DNA of 64,000 nt from Candidatus Brennerbacteria bacterium (GCA_016183535.1 JACPEK010000004.1:141807-205806); one strand, 5' to 3'. Numbered from the stretch's first letter, positions 1-10,106 are shown. The notes: generated from the sequence alone by a model not told the origin. Translations and numbers: made by a program.

Positions 1-1
1 G

Positions 2-364
2 GATGCATTCGCGCGAGAACTTGCGCGCGCGCTCCCCGGCGTGAAAAAAAATACCCCGACGTCCGGCCGGCCGGCCGGCGGACGGGCGCCCCACCTCTTA
101 AATATCGCGTTTCCGCCGGGAGTTTTGTCCGAGGATCTCTTAGTGCTCTTTGACCGCGAAGGGATTGCGGCAAGTCCGGGCGCGGCGTGCCGTGCCCGCG
201 CGCTTGCGCTCTCGCACGTACTCCGCGCGATCGACATCCCGGACGAGCGCATCAAGCGGAGCGTTCGTTTCAGTTTTGGCCGCGGCGTAACGGTTCCTGA
301 TGCGCAACGGGCGGCGCGGATTGTAGCCCGCGCCGCCCGCTCTCTTTTCCGGAAAGCGCGATGA
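2..364 (+). CDS. iscS: Cysteine desulfurase (IscS/NifS family), 3' part; 5' end lies outside the window
   Basis: Frame is open from base 2; PHLLNIAF...GIAASPGAAC...SHVLRAI...SVRFSFG matches the IscS C-terminus, including the catalytic Cys loop. Confidence 0.85.
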   Translation, partial: DAFARELARALPGVKKNTPTSGRPAGGRAPHLLNIAFPPGVLSEDLLVLFDREGIAASPGAACRARALALSHVLRAIDIPDERIKRSVRFSFGRGVTVPDAQRAARIVARAARSLFRKAR

Positions 365-415
365 TGGTAATATGAAAGAAAAGTCGACCGTAAATCGTAT
401 CAATCCAAAGAGAAT

Positions 416-1192
416 ATGAATGAAAAAGTGAAGAACGCTATGGGGAGTGCAGTGGTGATTGGTGTGCTTGCCGTGTCGTATGCGGCGGTATCGTATGTGC
501 AAACGTATTCGCAGTCCATCGAGCCGTCGTCATTCCGTAGTTTTTCGGTAACGGCGGATGCGAAGGTGGTGGCAGTGCCGGACGTTGCGGCGTTCACCGC
601 GAGCGTGATTACCGAGGGCGGTCTGGATCTCGGCGCGCTTCAGACGATGAATGTGGAGAAAACAAACGCGGTTATCGCCTACGTGAAAGAGCAAGGGGTG
701 GACGAGAAAGACGTAAAGACGGAGGGGTATGCGGTCGAGCCGCGGTACCAGTATTACGGATGCGAGACGGGAGCGTGTCCGCCGCCAAGAATCGTCGGGT
801 ATACCGTACGCCAGACGGTGGCGGTGAAAGCCCGCGATTTCACGAAAGCCGGAACGATTTTGAGCGGGGTGGTGGAAAACGGCGCAAACTCCGTGTCGTC
901 CTTGAATTTCACGATTGACGATCTGACGGAGGTGCAAAACCGCGCGCGCGCGGAGGCGATCGCGAAAGCGAAGGTAAAGGCGAAATTGGTGGCGGCCGCC
1001 GGCGGGTTTGGCGTTGGGCGGCTCCTCTCAATCGAGGAAAACGGATATCCCTCCTATCCCCAGCCCGCGTACGTGATGAGGGAGGCATACGGACGGGGCG
1101 GTGCAAGAGATGACGCGAAGATGGTTTCTTCCATCGAACCGGGATCCGAAGATGTGAGGGTAACGGTTACGTTGCGGTACGAAATCCGGTAA
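416..1192 (+). CDS. SIMPL (DUF541) domain protein
   Basis: N-terminal TM helix; SVTADAKVVAVPDVA, GYTVRQTV.VK, GANSVSSLNFTI, IEPGSEDVRVTVTLRYEI. Confidence 0.9.
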   Translation: MNEKVKNAMGSAVVIGVLAVSYAAVSYVQTYSQSIEPSSFRSFSVTADAKVVAVPDVAAFTASVITEGGLDLGALQTMNVEKTNAVIAYVKEQGVDEKDVKTEGYAVEPRYQYYGCETGACPPPRIVGYTVRQTVAVKARDFTKAGTILSGVVENGANSVSSLNFTIDDLTEVQNRARAEAIAKAKVKAKLVAAAGGFGVGRLLSIEENGYPSYPQPAYVMREAYGRGGARDDAKMVSSIEPGSEDVRVTVTLRYEIR

Positions 1193-1220
1193 TACGTTGC
1201 GGGGCAATTTACGATCGACA

Positions 1221-2456
1221 ATGAAGAGAAGCGTATTCTTACTCATTCTTCTCGCGGGGCTTTTGGGCGGGGTCGCCGGAGGCGCCGCGGCGCCTTCTTT
1301 CGCGTCTGCCGGTTTTTTTGAAGATTTAAAATCGTTCTTTGGAATTTCTGCGCCGGCGAAAGAAGAATTGAAAAATTCCACAGAACCGATGAGTCGGACG
1401 GATCAAAACGTTCCGCTCTACAAACCCGTCATTGATTATGAAGAGGCGGTGGTGAAGGCGGTCGAGTTAGCCTCTCAAAGCGTGGTTTCGATCGTCATAT
1501 CGAAAGACGTGCCGAAGATTGAACAATGTCCGTACGATCCGTTCGGCGGTTTTCCGTTGGAGCTCCGCGATCTTTTGGGCGGCGCGGGCGAATTCACCGC
1601 GCCTTGCGCAAAAGGCACGGAGCGGCGCGAGGTGGGCGGCGGCTCCGGCTTCATTGTTTCCGCGGAAGGTCTTGTGGTGACGAATAAACACGTGGTGGCG
1701 GACGAGAAGGCCGCCTACACGGTTTTCACGAGCGACGGGAAAAAATACGATGCAACGGTGGTGGCGCGCGACCCTCTGCAAGATCTCGCGGTTTTGAAAA
1801 TATCGGGCGATGCATTCATTCCTGCCCGACTCGGCGACTCCGATTCGTTGAAACTCGGGCAGACGGCGATCGCGATCGGTAATTCGCTCGGCGAGTTCCG
1901 GAACACGGTATCGGTGGGGGTAATCTCGGGTCTCGCGCGCACCATCACGGCGGCAGGAGAAGGTGTAACGGGCGTTGAAACGATCCGGGGGGTGATTCAA
2001 ACCGACGCCGCCGTGAACCCCGGGAACTCCGGTGGTCCCCTCTTGAATCTCAAAGGAGAAGTGGTCGCCATTAATGTGGCGATCGCTTCCGGAGCGGAAA
2101 ATATAGGATTCGCGATTCCGGTGAACCGCGCGCGGCGCGCGATCGAATCGGTGAAAAAAACCGGCGCCATCTCTGCGCCCTATCTTGGAGTTCGCTACGA
2201 GATGACGGAGGAGGGCGCCTTGGTGCGCGGCACGAAGGACGGGCCCGGGGTGATTTCTAGTTCGCCTGCCGCGGCCGGAGGTATCCGCGCGGACGATCTC
2301 ATTGTGGCGATGAACGGAGAGAAGTTGGGAGAAGAAAATCCGCTCGGCGGGGTCATTCAGAAATACGGTGTGGGAGACACGGTCACGCTTACGATCAAAA
2401 GAGGGGACGAAACGCTCGCAATTTCCATAACTTTGGGGGAACGCCCGAAGGAATGA
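1221..2456 (+). CDS. htrA: HtrA/DegP-family serine protease with PDZ domain
   Basis: GSGFIV, TNKHVV, QDLAVLK, QTDAAVNPGNSGGPL triad motifs; C-terminal PDZ; ATG at 1221 gives a signal peptide. Confidence 0.92.
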   Translation: MKRSVFLLILLAGLLGGVAGGAAAPSFASAGFFEDLKSFFGISAPAKEELKNSTEPMSRTDQNVPLYKPVIDYEEAVVKAVELASQSVVSIVISKDVPKIEQCPYDPFGGFPLELRDLLGGAGEFTAPCAKGTERREVGGGSGFIVSAEGLVVTNKHVVADEKAAYTVFTSDGKKYDATVVARDPLQDLAVLKISGDAFIPARLGDSDSLKLGQTAIAIGNSLGEFRNTVSVGVISGLARTITAAGEGVTGVETIRGVIQTDAAVNPGNSGGPLLNLKGEVVAINVAIASGAENIGFAIPVNRARRAIESVKKTGAISAPYLGVRYEMTEEGALVRGTKDGPGVISSSPAAAGGIRADDLIVAMNGEKLGEENPLGGVIQKYGVGDTVTLTIKRGDETLAISITLGERPKE

Positions 2457-2477
2457 TCTGTTTACAAAATGTGCGTA

Positions 2478-2504
2478 TTAGCACCCAAGAGGTGGTATTG
2501 CTAA
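2478..2504 (+). promoter_or_regulatory. CIRCE-like (HrcA) operator upstream of clpB
   Basis: TTAGCACCC-N9-TATTGCTAA versus consensus TTAGCACTC-N9-GAGTGCTAA (15/18, exact 9-nt spacer). Confidence 0.75.
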
Positions 2505-2530
2505 CAGTTTTAAAATGGTGTAGGGTAGGA

Positions 2531-2696
2531 AAAATCCTAAATCCTAAGCGCTAAATCCTAAATACCGATTTCATCGAGTATCCTCGACACGGTCGGGACA
2601 AATTCCAAATCACAAATCTTAAATCACAAACGTTTGGAATTTAGAATTTGGAGCATTATGGTTTGTTTAGATTTTAGGATTTCAGGTTTAGAGTTT
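2531..2696. repeat. Imperfect heptamer tandem repeats in inverted arrangement (long hairpin, MITE-like)
   Basis: AAATCCT/AAATTCC/AAATCAC units on the left, complementary TTTGGAA/TTTAGAA/TTTAGGA units on the right. Confidence 0.7.
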
Positions 2697-2706
2697 CTAT
2701 AAAAGC

Positions 2707-5406
2707 ATGTCCAACTTCCACCGATTTACCCTCAAAGCCCAGGACGCGCTTCAGGCCGCGCAAGAACTTGTCGCGGAGCTGAATCATGGGGAGCTCAAAG
2801 GCCTCCACCTTCTCTCGGCGCTCCTTGAGGACGAATCCACACTCGTGCGGCCGCTTCTCACGAAGGGTCAGGTGGATCTCCCGCTTCTCGAAGCGGAGCT
2901 CGAACGGGCGCTCGCCTCGCTTCCGAAAATCATCGCCGCGCGCGGCGCGGTGGGCCAGCTTTATCTCTCGACGGAACTCATGCGTATTTTGGATCGCGCG
3001 GCGGAAACGGCGAAGCGCCAAAAAGACGATTTTATTTCATGTGAACACCTCGTGCTCGCACTTCTCGACGTGCCGGGGACTGTTTCCGAACTTTTGACGC
3101 GCACAGGTGCGCGTCGCGAAATTTTATTCCGAACGCTTGCCGAACTGCGAGGTTCTGTGCGCGTGACCGACGAGATGCCGGAATCGAAGTTTCAAGTTTT
3201 GGACAAATATGCGGTGAATCTCACCGACAAAGCGAAGGAGGGAAAGCTTGATCCCGTGATCGGGCGCGAGAACGAACTCGAGCGCGTCATGCAAATTCTG
3301 TCGCGGCGCACGAAGAATAACCCGGTTTTGATTGGCGAGCCGGGCGTGGGGAAAACCGCGATTGTGGAAGGTTTGGCACAGATGATCGTGTCGGGGAACG
3401 TGCCAGAATCGCTTAAAGAGAAGGAAATTGTGATGCTCGATATCGGATCGCTCATCGCCGGCACGAAGTTCCGGGGCGAATTCGAGGATCGCCTCAAAGC
3501 GTTTTTAAAAGAACTCCAGAACGCGCAGGGGCGCATCATTCTCTTCATCGACGAGATTCATATGATCGTGGGGGCGGGCGCCGCGGAGGGCGCGGTGGAC
3601 GCCGCGAATCTTTTGAAACCCGCGCTCGCACGCGGCGAACTTCATGCGATCGGCGCGACGACCTTGAAGGAATACCAAAAGCACATCGAGAAGGACCCCG
3701 CGCTCGAGCGACGGTTCCAGCCGGTGATGGTGGAGGAACCTTCGACTGAAGATTCGATCGCCATTCTGCGGGGTCTCAAGGAGAAATATGAGACGCATCA
3801 CGGACTACGCATCACGGACGACGCCATCGTGGCGGCGGTGGAGCTTTCCGCGCGGTACATCACCGATCGCTTTCTCCCCGACAAAGCGGTGGATCTCGTG
3901 GACGAGGCCGCCGCGGCACGCCGGCTCGAATCTGACAGTGTTCCCTTGGAGCTCGCGAAGGTGCAGAAAGAGCTTACCCGTCGCGAGATCGAGTGGGCGG
4001 CGCTTGAGAAGGAACAACAGAAATCGCCGCGCATGAAAACGCTCGCGCGGGAAATCGCAAAACTCAAAGAGCGACACGAAACGCTCGCTGGCGAATGGCA
4101 CGCGGAGAAGCTTGTGTTCGAAAATCTCCACGCGGCGCGAAAAAAGATAGAGGATTTAAAACGCGAGGCGGAGAAGGCGGAGCGGGACGGCAATCTTGAG
4201 CGGGTGGCGCAGATACGCTACGGCGAGCTTCCGGAGGCGGAGAAACAGTATCGCACGTTTGAGAAACGCTACGACGCGGCCGCGGCCGCACCCATCCGAA
4301 AGGGCGCGCGCGCTTCATCGAAGCATTCGTCGGCCGGTCAGCTCGGCTCGAGGAAAGGGCCGGAACGGCGGTTCATCCGCGAGACAGTGGAGCAGTCGGA
4401 TATCGCCGCGGTCGTCGCGCGCTGGACCGGCATCCCTACCGCGAAAATGCTCGAATCGGAACTCAAAAAACTCTCCCGCATCGAGGAGGTGCTCGCGACG
4501 CGCGTGGTGGGTCAGAATGAGGCGGTCTCGGCCGTGGCCTGCGCTTTGCGGCGCTCGCGCGCAGGCCTCGCCGACGAAGATCGTCCCGCGGGTTCTTTTA
4601 TGTTTCTCGGTCCCACGGGGGTGGGGAAGACCGAACTCGCGCGCACCTTGGCGGAATTCATGTTTAACGACGAAAAAGCCCTGATTCGCATCGATATGTC
4701 GGAATATATGGAGCGGCACGCCATCGCGCGCCTCATCGGGAGCCCGCCGGGCTATGTGGGGCACGAGGAGGGCGGTCAGCTTACCGAACTGGTGCGCCAC
4801 CGCCCCTACTCCTTGATCCTTTTTGACGAGATCGAGAAGGCGCACCCCGAGGTGTTCAACATTCTTCTCCAGATGCTTGACAACGGACGCCTCACGGACG
4901 GCAAGGGGAAGCAGGTGAATTTCAAGAACGCCATCATCATCCTTACCTCGAACGTGGGGAGCGAGTATTTCCGCGAGATGTCGGGAGTCGGATTCACGAC
5001 GGCGAGTGAGGAAGAATTTCACAATAAAGAAGAACAGTTCCGCGACAAGGTCGAAGAAGCGCTGAAGGATACCTTCAAGCCGGAATTTTTGAACCGTTTG
5101 GACGAGGTAATTATTTTCAACGCTCTCACCCCGAAGGATGTGGGACACATCGTTGATATCCAACTTTCGAAACTCGCGACCCGAGTTCAAAAAAAAGGAC
5201 TCGCGCTTGTTGTGCATCCCGAAGTGCGACGTTACCTCGTCGCGCACGGGTTCGATCCCGACTACGGCGCCCGGCCGGTGAAGCGCCTCATCGAAAAAAC
5301 AATCGTGGACGCGCTTGCCGACAGCGTGGTGAAGGGCGTCGTGAGTCATGGTCACACCGTTATCGTTTCGCTTACCAAGTCGAACCGCGTGGCGATCAGC
5401 GCTTAG
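2707..5406 (+). CDS. clpB: ATP-dependent chaperone ClpB
   Basis: Clp N-domain, Walker A motifs GEPGVGKT and GPTGVGKT, coiled-coil M-domain, [11 protein letters not shown]. Confidence 0.95.
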   Translation: MSNFHRFTLKAQDALQAAQELVAELNHGELKGLHLLSALLEDESTLVRPLLTKGQVDLPLLEAELERALASLPKIIAARGAVGQLYLSTELMRILDRAAETAKRQKDDFISCEHLVLALLDVPGTVSELLTRTGARREILFRTLAELRGSVRVTDEMPESKFQVLDKYAVNLTDKAKEGKLDPVIGRENELERVMQILSRRTKNNPVLIGEPGVGKTAIVEGLAQMIVSGNVPESLKEKEIVMLDIGSLIAGTKFRGEFEDRLKAFLKELQNAQGRIILFIDEIHMIVGAGAAEGAVDAANLLKPALARGELHAIGATTLKEYQKHIEKDPALERRFQPVMVEEPSTEDSIAILRGLKEKYETHHGLRITDDAIVAAVELSARYITDRFLPDKAVDLVDEAAAARRLESDSVPLELAKVQKELTRREIEWAALEKEQQKSPRMKTLAREIAKLKERHETLAGEWHAEKLVFENLHAARKKIEDLKREAEKAERDGNLERVAQIRYGELPEAEKQYRTFEKRYDAAAAAPIRKGARASSKHSSAGQLGSRKGPERRFIRETVEQSDIAAVVARWTGIPTAKMLESELKKLSRIEEVLATRVVGQNEAVSAVACALRRSRAGLADEDRPAGSFMFLGPTGVGKTELARTLAEFMFNDEKALIRIDMSEYMERHAIARLIGSPPGYVGHEEGGQLTELVRHRPYSLILFDEIEKAHPEVFNILLQMLDNGRLTDGKGKQVNFKNAIIILTSNVGSEYFREMSGVGFTTASEEEFHNKEEQFRDKVEEALKDTFKPEFLNRLDEVIIFNALTPKDVGHIVDIQLSKLATRVQKKGLALVVHPEVRRYLVAHGFDPDYGARPVKRLIEKTIVDALADSVVKGVVSHGHTVIVSLTKSNRVAISA

Positions 5407-6097
5407 CGCCGCCGCCGTCGCGCTCTTTGTTTACTGGCGCGGCGCACGCGGTTTCGGCGCGGTTTCTTTTCTCGCGCTCGTTTTACTCCTCTACGCGCTC
5501 GCTTCGAGGTTTTCCGAATGGCGGGGGGTGCGGTATTCTTTTCTCGCGCTCGCGGTAATGGCGGCGGCGTTTTTTGCGCCCGCGGTGGCGGGAGGTACGG
5601 ACGTTTCAGTTTTATTTTCCGGAGCGGCGCGCGCATTCGCGGCGGGCGCGCTCGCTCTGCTTCTTTTCGTTTCCGCCGCGCCGCGCGGCGATCACCGCCG
5701 CATCGCGCGCCGTATCTTCGGCACGGCATTGCCTTTTTTTTCTTCTCTCGCGTTCTTTTTAAATCCCGGATTTCTTTCTTTCACCGGCTTCGTGGCGGCG
5801 CTCGCGCTCCTTGTGCGTGACGAGGCGCGGGAGTGGGAAACGCTCCGCGTGGGATCGGGGAAGCTCGTGAGTGCGGCGGTGGGGCTTGTCGGGGCCGAGG
5901 TCGCCGCCTTTGCGGCTCTTCTCCCTTTAGGACCAACGCGCGCCGCCGTTTTCGTGGCGCTTGTATTTCTCATGGTTCGCGAAGGCGTGGGGGCGGCATA
6001 TCGGGGATGGCTCCGACCCGCGCTGGCGTTTCAGGGGATTGCGGCGTTTTTTGCGTTTTCCGTACTTATTTTCTCTTCGGTTTCATGGACACCATAG
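5348..6097 (+). CDS. Hypothetical multi-pass membrane protein; start uncertain, overlaps the clpB 3' end
   Basis: About 8 hydrophobic segments; fills the gap after clpB. Confidence 0.7.
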   Translation: MVTPLSFRLPSRTAWRSALSAAAVALFVYWRGARGFGAVSFLALVLLLYALASRFSEWRGVRYSFLALAVMAAAFFAPAVAGGTDVSVLFSGAARAFAAGALALLLFVSAAPRGDHRRIARRIFGTALPFFSSLAFFLNPGFLSFTGFVAALALLVRDEAREWETLRVGSGKLVSAAVGLVGAEVAAFAALLPLGPTRAAVFVALVFLMVREGVGAAYRGWLRPALAFQGIAAFFAFSVLIFSSVSWTP

Positions 6098-6156
6098 GTT
6101 TGCCACGTCGTTCCGTAACTCTTGATCGGTGGATATCGTTGTAGCTAGTGAGCGTC

Positions 6157-6192
6157 GAAAAACTTGAGTTTTTCAAACGCGTTGTGTATTTT
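6157..6192 (+). promoter_or_regulatory. Putative sigma70 promoter of the S-layer-like gene, with a palindrome over the -35 box
   Basis: TTGAGT-N17-TATTTT with TGTG before the -10 box; perfect inverted repeat GAAAAACT-TG-AGTTTTTC at 6157-6174. Confidence 0.45.
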
Positions 6193-6198
6193 GAAAGC

Positions 6199-6554
6199 AG
6201 TCCGGCGTTGAGCCGGGTACCGGCGGGAACGCCGGGGGAGTAGTCCGAAACTTTCAGTGTGAGGCTGGAAGTCGCGGAATTACGGAAAGAGCCGCCGCCC
6301 GCGATCGTTCGTGTGAGCGCAAGGGGTCGCCGCGGCGCGTCCGCTTCGAAAAAGAGCGGAACGCTTTTTCTTCGTATTCCACGCAACCTCGCACCGAAAG
6401 GCGAGGATTTTTATTTCATTACTTACCCTTTTCCCGTTCTTCGTGCCGCCGATCCTCACTTAGGTTGGTCACACGTCGAACAGGGCGGGAGAAGCATCCA
6501 GAATATCGCAAAGGTCGAATCACAGCACATTAGTTTGGTCGATTAATTAACTCA
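6199..6554 (+). ncRNA. Long structured leader or candidate ncRNA of unknown family
   Basis: Series of hairpins: CCGGC-GTTGA-GCCGG, CCGGCG-GGAA-CGCCGG, ACTTTCAG...CTGGAAGT, CCGCT...AGCGG, CCTCG..CC-GAAA-GG-CGAGG. Confidence 0.4.
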
Positions 6555-9500
6555 ATGAGTAAATCATTCAAAAAAATCGCGTCCATAGGGCTCTCCGTCT
6601 CAACGGCGGTGTACCTCTTTGGCGCCACGGCGATTCCGGCGGGCGCACAGTCCACCGCGGATCTCCAGGCCCAAATTGCGGCCCTCTTGGCGCAGATCAA
6701 CGCATTGCAAGCCCAACTCGCGGCGCAGACCGGCACTCCGGCGGCTCCGTCTTCGTACAGCTTCACCCGCTCCCTCACGGTGGGTTCGGTTGGCGATGAC
6801 GTGAAGGCGCTCCAGCAATGGCTGAACGCGAATGGGTACAAAGTTTCGGCGAGCGGCGCCGGTAGCCCCGGCAGCGAGACGCGGACCTTCGGTCCTGCGA
6901 CCCGCGCGGCCCTCGCCAAATACCAGGCGGCGGTGGGAATCTCCCCCGCGGCAGGGTATTTCGGTCCGGTCACGCGCGCGAAGCTCGCTTCGGCGGGCGG
7001 CACGCCTGTGACGCCGGGCACGACCCCTCCGGTCACGACGGTTCCCGCGGGTACTGACCTCGTGGTGTCCTTGGCGTCCGACACGCCCGCTTCGCGGACG
7101 ATCGGCTCCGGCACCGCGTTCAACCCTGCGGCGAAGTTTGCGTTGACCGCGGGTGCGAAAGCGGTGAAGATCACCGGCATCACAGTCGCGAAGAGCGGCT
7201 TCGTGGCAAACACGAACCTGAACGGCGTCGACATCGTCGACTCGAAGGGCGTGCGCCACGGCAACGTGGTGACCGGCGTGAACGCCGACAACACCGTCTT
7301 GATCACCATGACGACCGACCCCATCACCGTGGCGGCGGGTTCCACCGAGTACATTACGATTCGGTACAACCTCCTCTCGGGGAACTACACGGGGACGGTT
7401 TCTTTCGGTATCAACGCGGTTTCGGCGATCACCGCCGACACCTCGGCGATCTCGGGAGCGTTTCCGCTCTCGGGCGCCACGATGAACATCGTGAACGGCG
7501 GCTCGTCCTTGGCCTCAACGACCTTGGACGTGCTCACCTCCACGGGTTCGTCTTCCTTGAACGTAGATCCGAACAGCTTGCAGGAGATCACACGCTTCCG
7601 CATCCAGGAAACCTCCTCGAATGAGGGCGCGTACCTCCACTCGCTCTCGCTCTACAACTACGGGAACGCGGGCGACAAGGATTACAAGGACGTCACGCTC
7701 GAAGCCCAGGACGGCACGGTCCTCGCGACCGCCCAGCCCTCGGGCCAGTACGTGAAGTTCGCGCTCGCGACCCCCTACTTCATCGACAAAGGCCTCACGA
7801 AGGACTTTACAGTGAAGGCGAAGCTCGTCGACGGCACGACGAAGACGATCCAGCTCGTGGTTTACAACAACTACGACATCGATCTCCGCGGCGCGGCGAC
7901 CTCGGTCTCGGTCATTCCGGGCGCGGGCACGAACGACACTTCGTTCCCGATCGGTAACGGCTTCAACATCCAGACGATCGGCTCGGGCTCGATCACGCTC
8001 ACGCGTGCATCGGATTCCCCGTCGTCCGCGGTAACGCCGGGCGCGACGAGCATCGTGCTCGCGAAGTTCAACGCGAAGCCGACCGGCGAGGACTACGAGC
8101 TCCGGCAGGTCAGCTTCTACGTGGCCACCTCCTCGTCAGGCATCGACCTCACCGGCACGATCTTCGTGAAGGTGAATGGTGCGACGGTCTACAGCGTGGC
8201 GGCCTCGGACAGCTCAAACACGACGGCCTCGACCGTTACCCTCACGTCGTACCCCACGCTCACGCGCGGGACGAACAACGTGATCACGGTGGAAGGTTCC
8301 GTGAACTCGACCGCGACCACGGCCTCGAACTACACCGTTACGAACTTCGACCTCATCCAGGCGAAGCGTTTGGTGACGAACGATCTCGTGGATCCGGGCG
8401 TGGGGACCGTGAACGGTCTCCAGATTGCAGTGAACGCCGCGGTGCTCACCGTCACGACGCTCTCGACGCCGACCGCAAACTCGGTCGTCGCGGGAGTGGT
8501 TGGCTATGAGTACGCGACGATCCAGCTTTCGGCCGGATCGGGCGGCGAGGATGTGAAGGTGACGAAGATTGTGGTAACGCACGCGGGCGGCACCGCAGGC
8601 GAGGTGGGGAACCTCCTCCTCTACAAGGGCTCCGACGCGTCGCCACTCTCGACGACGGCCTCGACGGCGACGAACGCCGCGACCGTAACCTTCAATCTCT
8701 CGGATGCGCTCGTCGTAACGCGCGCGACACCGGTTACGCTCCACCTCAAGGCGGACGCGCTCTCCGGCACGGGTGCGCACACCTTCTCGGTCGCCTCATC
8801 TACCTCGGCGGTAACGGCGACGGGCTTGAACACCGGCAACACCTTGACGAACGGATCTGACATCACGTTCGCGGGCGTCGGCCAGGCGCAGACGCACGTG
8901 GCGGCGGGCACGCTCACGTTGTCCTTGGTTTCCGGCTCGGGCGCTTCGCCCTCGGCGGACCAGGTGATCACGGCGGGCACCTCGAACGCGGTGGTGTTTG
9001 CCTTCAAACTCACCTCGCAGTACGAGGCGCAGAAGATCACGAGCTTGAAGCTCACGGCGACAAGCTCGGGCTCGACCGGCATCGCGACCTCGACCCTGCA
9101 GAACGTCCGCCTCTATGAGGGGACGTCCGGCACGGCGATCTATCCGACGACGGCGTGGGCCTGCGTGGCCGCGGGTTGTACCGCGACGTGGGGCGGCTCG
9201 GGCGTCGACAACATCTTCTCGCAGGCGGTGCCGACGACCGGCATGACAGTCTACGCGAAGGCGGACGTCGCCGCGGGCGGCACGTCGGACCTCGGCAACA
9301 GCTACAAGTTCCTCATCGCGTCTTCGACAGGCGACGTCGCGGTGAAGGGCGTGTCGTCCGGCTCGACCTCGGGTACCCGCACGGGGACCCCGACGGCGTC
9401 CGGCTTCAGCTTTGTGGTGCCGCAGAACGTAACGATTACCGCGGTGGATCCCACGACCGCAACGGATCGCGGGACGAGCTCGGGCATCAACGTGGCGGTC

Positions 9501-9974
9501 TTCAAGGTGACGAACAACGGCACGGCGCCGATCCTCCTCTCGACCTCGACCTTGAGCTTCACGAATGGCGGCTCTGCCACCACGACGACAGCTTTCAAGA
9601 TCTACGCGTCGGCGGTGGGCGGCGGCTCGGCTGACACCTCCGGATGGAACAGCGGCAACGGGTATCTCTCGAGGGCGGGCGACACAGGCGCTTCCTCCAC
9701 GATCTCGTTTGCCACCACGACCATCACGGCGGCGGAGCAGAAGATCGACGGCGGTTCATGGCGGTACCTGACGATCAAGACCACGGCGGCATCGGCGAAC
9801 AACAACACGTACCAGTTCTCCGTGTCGGCATTGGGCAACATCTTGTTCAATGCGGCCGAGTCCGATCTCGGGTTCTCCGGGAACCCCTCGTCCGATTCCG
9901 ATCTCTCCGACACGAGCCTCGGTCTCTACGCGGACGGTTTGCCGTCACTGGCGACCATCACCGCGAAGAACTAG
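6555..9974 (+). CDS. Large secreted S-layer-like surface protein with peptidoglycan-binding domain
   Basis: Signal peptide; LQAQIAALLAQINALQAQL coiled coil; PGBD (SLTVGSVGDDVKALQQWLN...FGPATRAAL...GYFGPVTRAKL); long Ser/Thr/Gly-rich beta region; strong codon bias. Confidence 0.85.
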   Translation: MSKSFKKIASIGLSVSTAVYLFGATAIPAGAQSTADLQAQIAALLAQINALQAQLAAQTGTPAAPSSYSFTRSLTVGSVGDDVKALQQWLNANGYKVSASGAGSPGSETRTFGPATRAALAKYQAAVGISPAAGYFGPVTRAKLASAGGTPVTPGTTPPVTTVPAGTDLVVSLASDTPASRTIGSGTAFNPAAKFALTAGAKAVKITGITVAKSGFVANTNLNGVDIVDSKGVRHGNVVTGVNADNTVLITMTTDPITVAAGSTEYITIRYNLLSGNYTGTVSFGINAVSAITADTSAISGAFPLSGATMNIVNGGSSLASTTLDVLTSTGSSSLNVDPNSLQEITRFRIQETSSNEGAYLHSLSLYNYGNAGDKDYKDVTLEAQDGTVLATAQPSGQYVKFALATPYFIDKGLTKDFTVKAKLVDGTTKTIQLVVYNNYDIDLRGAATSVSVIPGAGTNDTSFPIGNGFNIQTIGSGSITLTRASDSPSSAVTPGATSIVLAKFNAKPTGEDYELRQVSFYVATSSSGIDLTGTIFVKVNGATVYSVAASDSSNTTASTVTLTSYPTLTRGTNNVITVEGSVNSTATTASNYTVTNFDLIQAKRLVTNDLVDPGVGTVNGLQIAVNAAVLTVTTLSTPTANSVVAGVVGYEYATIQLSAGSGGEDVKVTKIVVTHAGGTAGEVGNLLLYKGSDASPLSTTASTATNAATVTFNLSDALVVTRATPVTLHLKADALSGTGAHTFSVASSTSAVTATGLNTGNTLTNGSDITFAGVGQAQTHVAAGTLTLSLVSGSGASPSADQVITAGTSNAVVFAFKLTSQYEAQKITSLKLTATSSGSTGIATSTLQNVRLYEGTSGTAIYPTTAWACVAAGCTATWGGSGVDNIFSQAVPTTGMTVYAKADVAAGGTSDLGNSYKFLIASSTGDVAVKGVSSGSTSGTRTGTPTASGFSFVVPQNVTITAVDPTTATDRGTSSGINVAVFKVTNNGTAPILLSTSTLSFTNGGSATTTTAFKIYASAVGGGSADTSGWNSGNGYLSRAGDTGASSTISFATTTITAAEQKIDGGSWRYLTIKTTAASANNNTYQFSVSALGNILFNAAESDLGFSGNPSSDSDLSDTSLGLYADGLPSLATITAKN

Positions 9975-10016
9975 CTCGTTTCCGTAACTGGTTTCCCGAT
10001 AGCGCAAATCGGACAA

Positions 10017-10047
10017 CCAAAATCCCCGGCTTCGGCCGGGGTTTTGG
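10017..10047 (+). terminator. Intrinsic terminator after the S-layer-like gene
   Basis: CCAAAATCCCCGGC-TTCG-GCCGGGGTTTTGG hairpin with a cUUCGg loop. Confidence 0.8.
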
Positions 10048-10106
10048 TTCGCGGATTTATGCAGATAACCGCGGATAGATATTGATGCCGTGGTACAATG
10101 ATTCCA

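Noticed and set aside
60..84. (CCGG)x4 palindrome in iscS (SGRPAGGR)
   Set aside because: Could be another in-frame palindromic insertion, but it is short and GC-only, so chance cannot be excluded without an alignment.
2531..2696. Possible CRISPR array
   Set aside because: Units are degenerate 7-mers without unique spacers; no cas genes in the window.
4315..5355. 346-aa minus-strand ORF
   Set aside because: Antisense shadow of clpB in GC-rich sequence; no recognisable motifs.
6259..6546. 95-aa ORF in the S-layer leader
   Set aside because: No homology cues and it runs across the hairpins; more likely non-coding.
6199..6554. Possible tmRNA, RNase P RNA or SRP RNA
   Set aside because: No tRNA-like ends, no GAGGAAAGTCC RNase P motif and no SRP GGAA/AGCAG loop were seen; kept only as an unknown structured leader.
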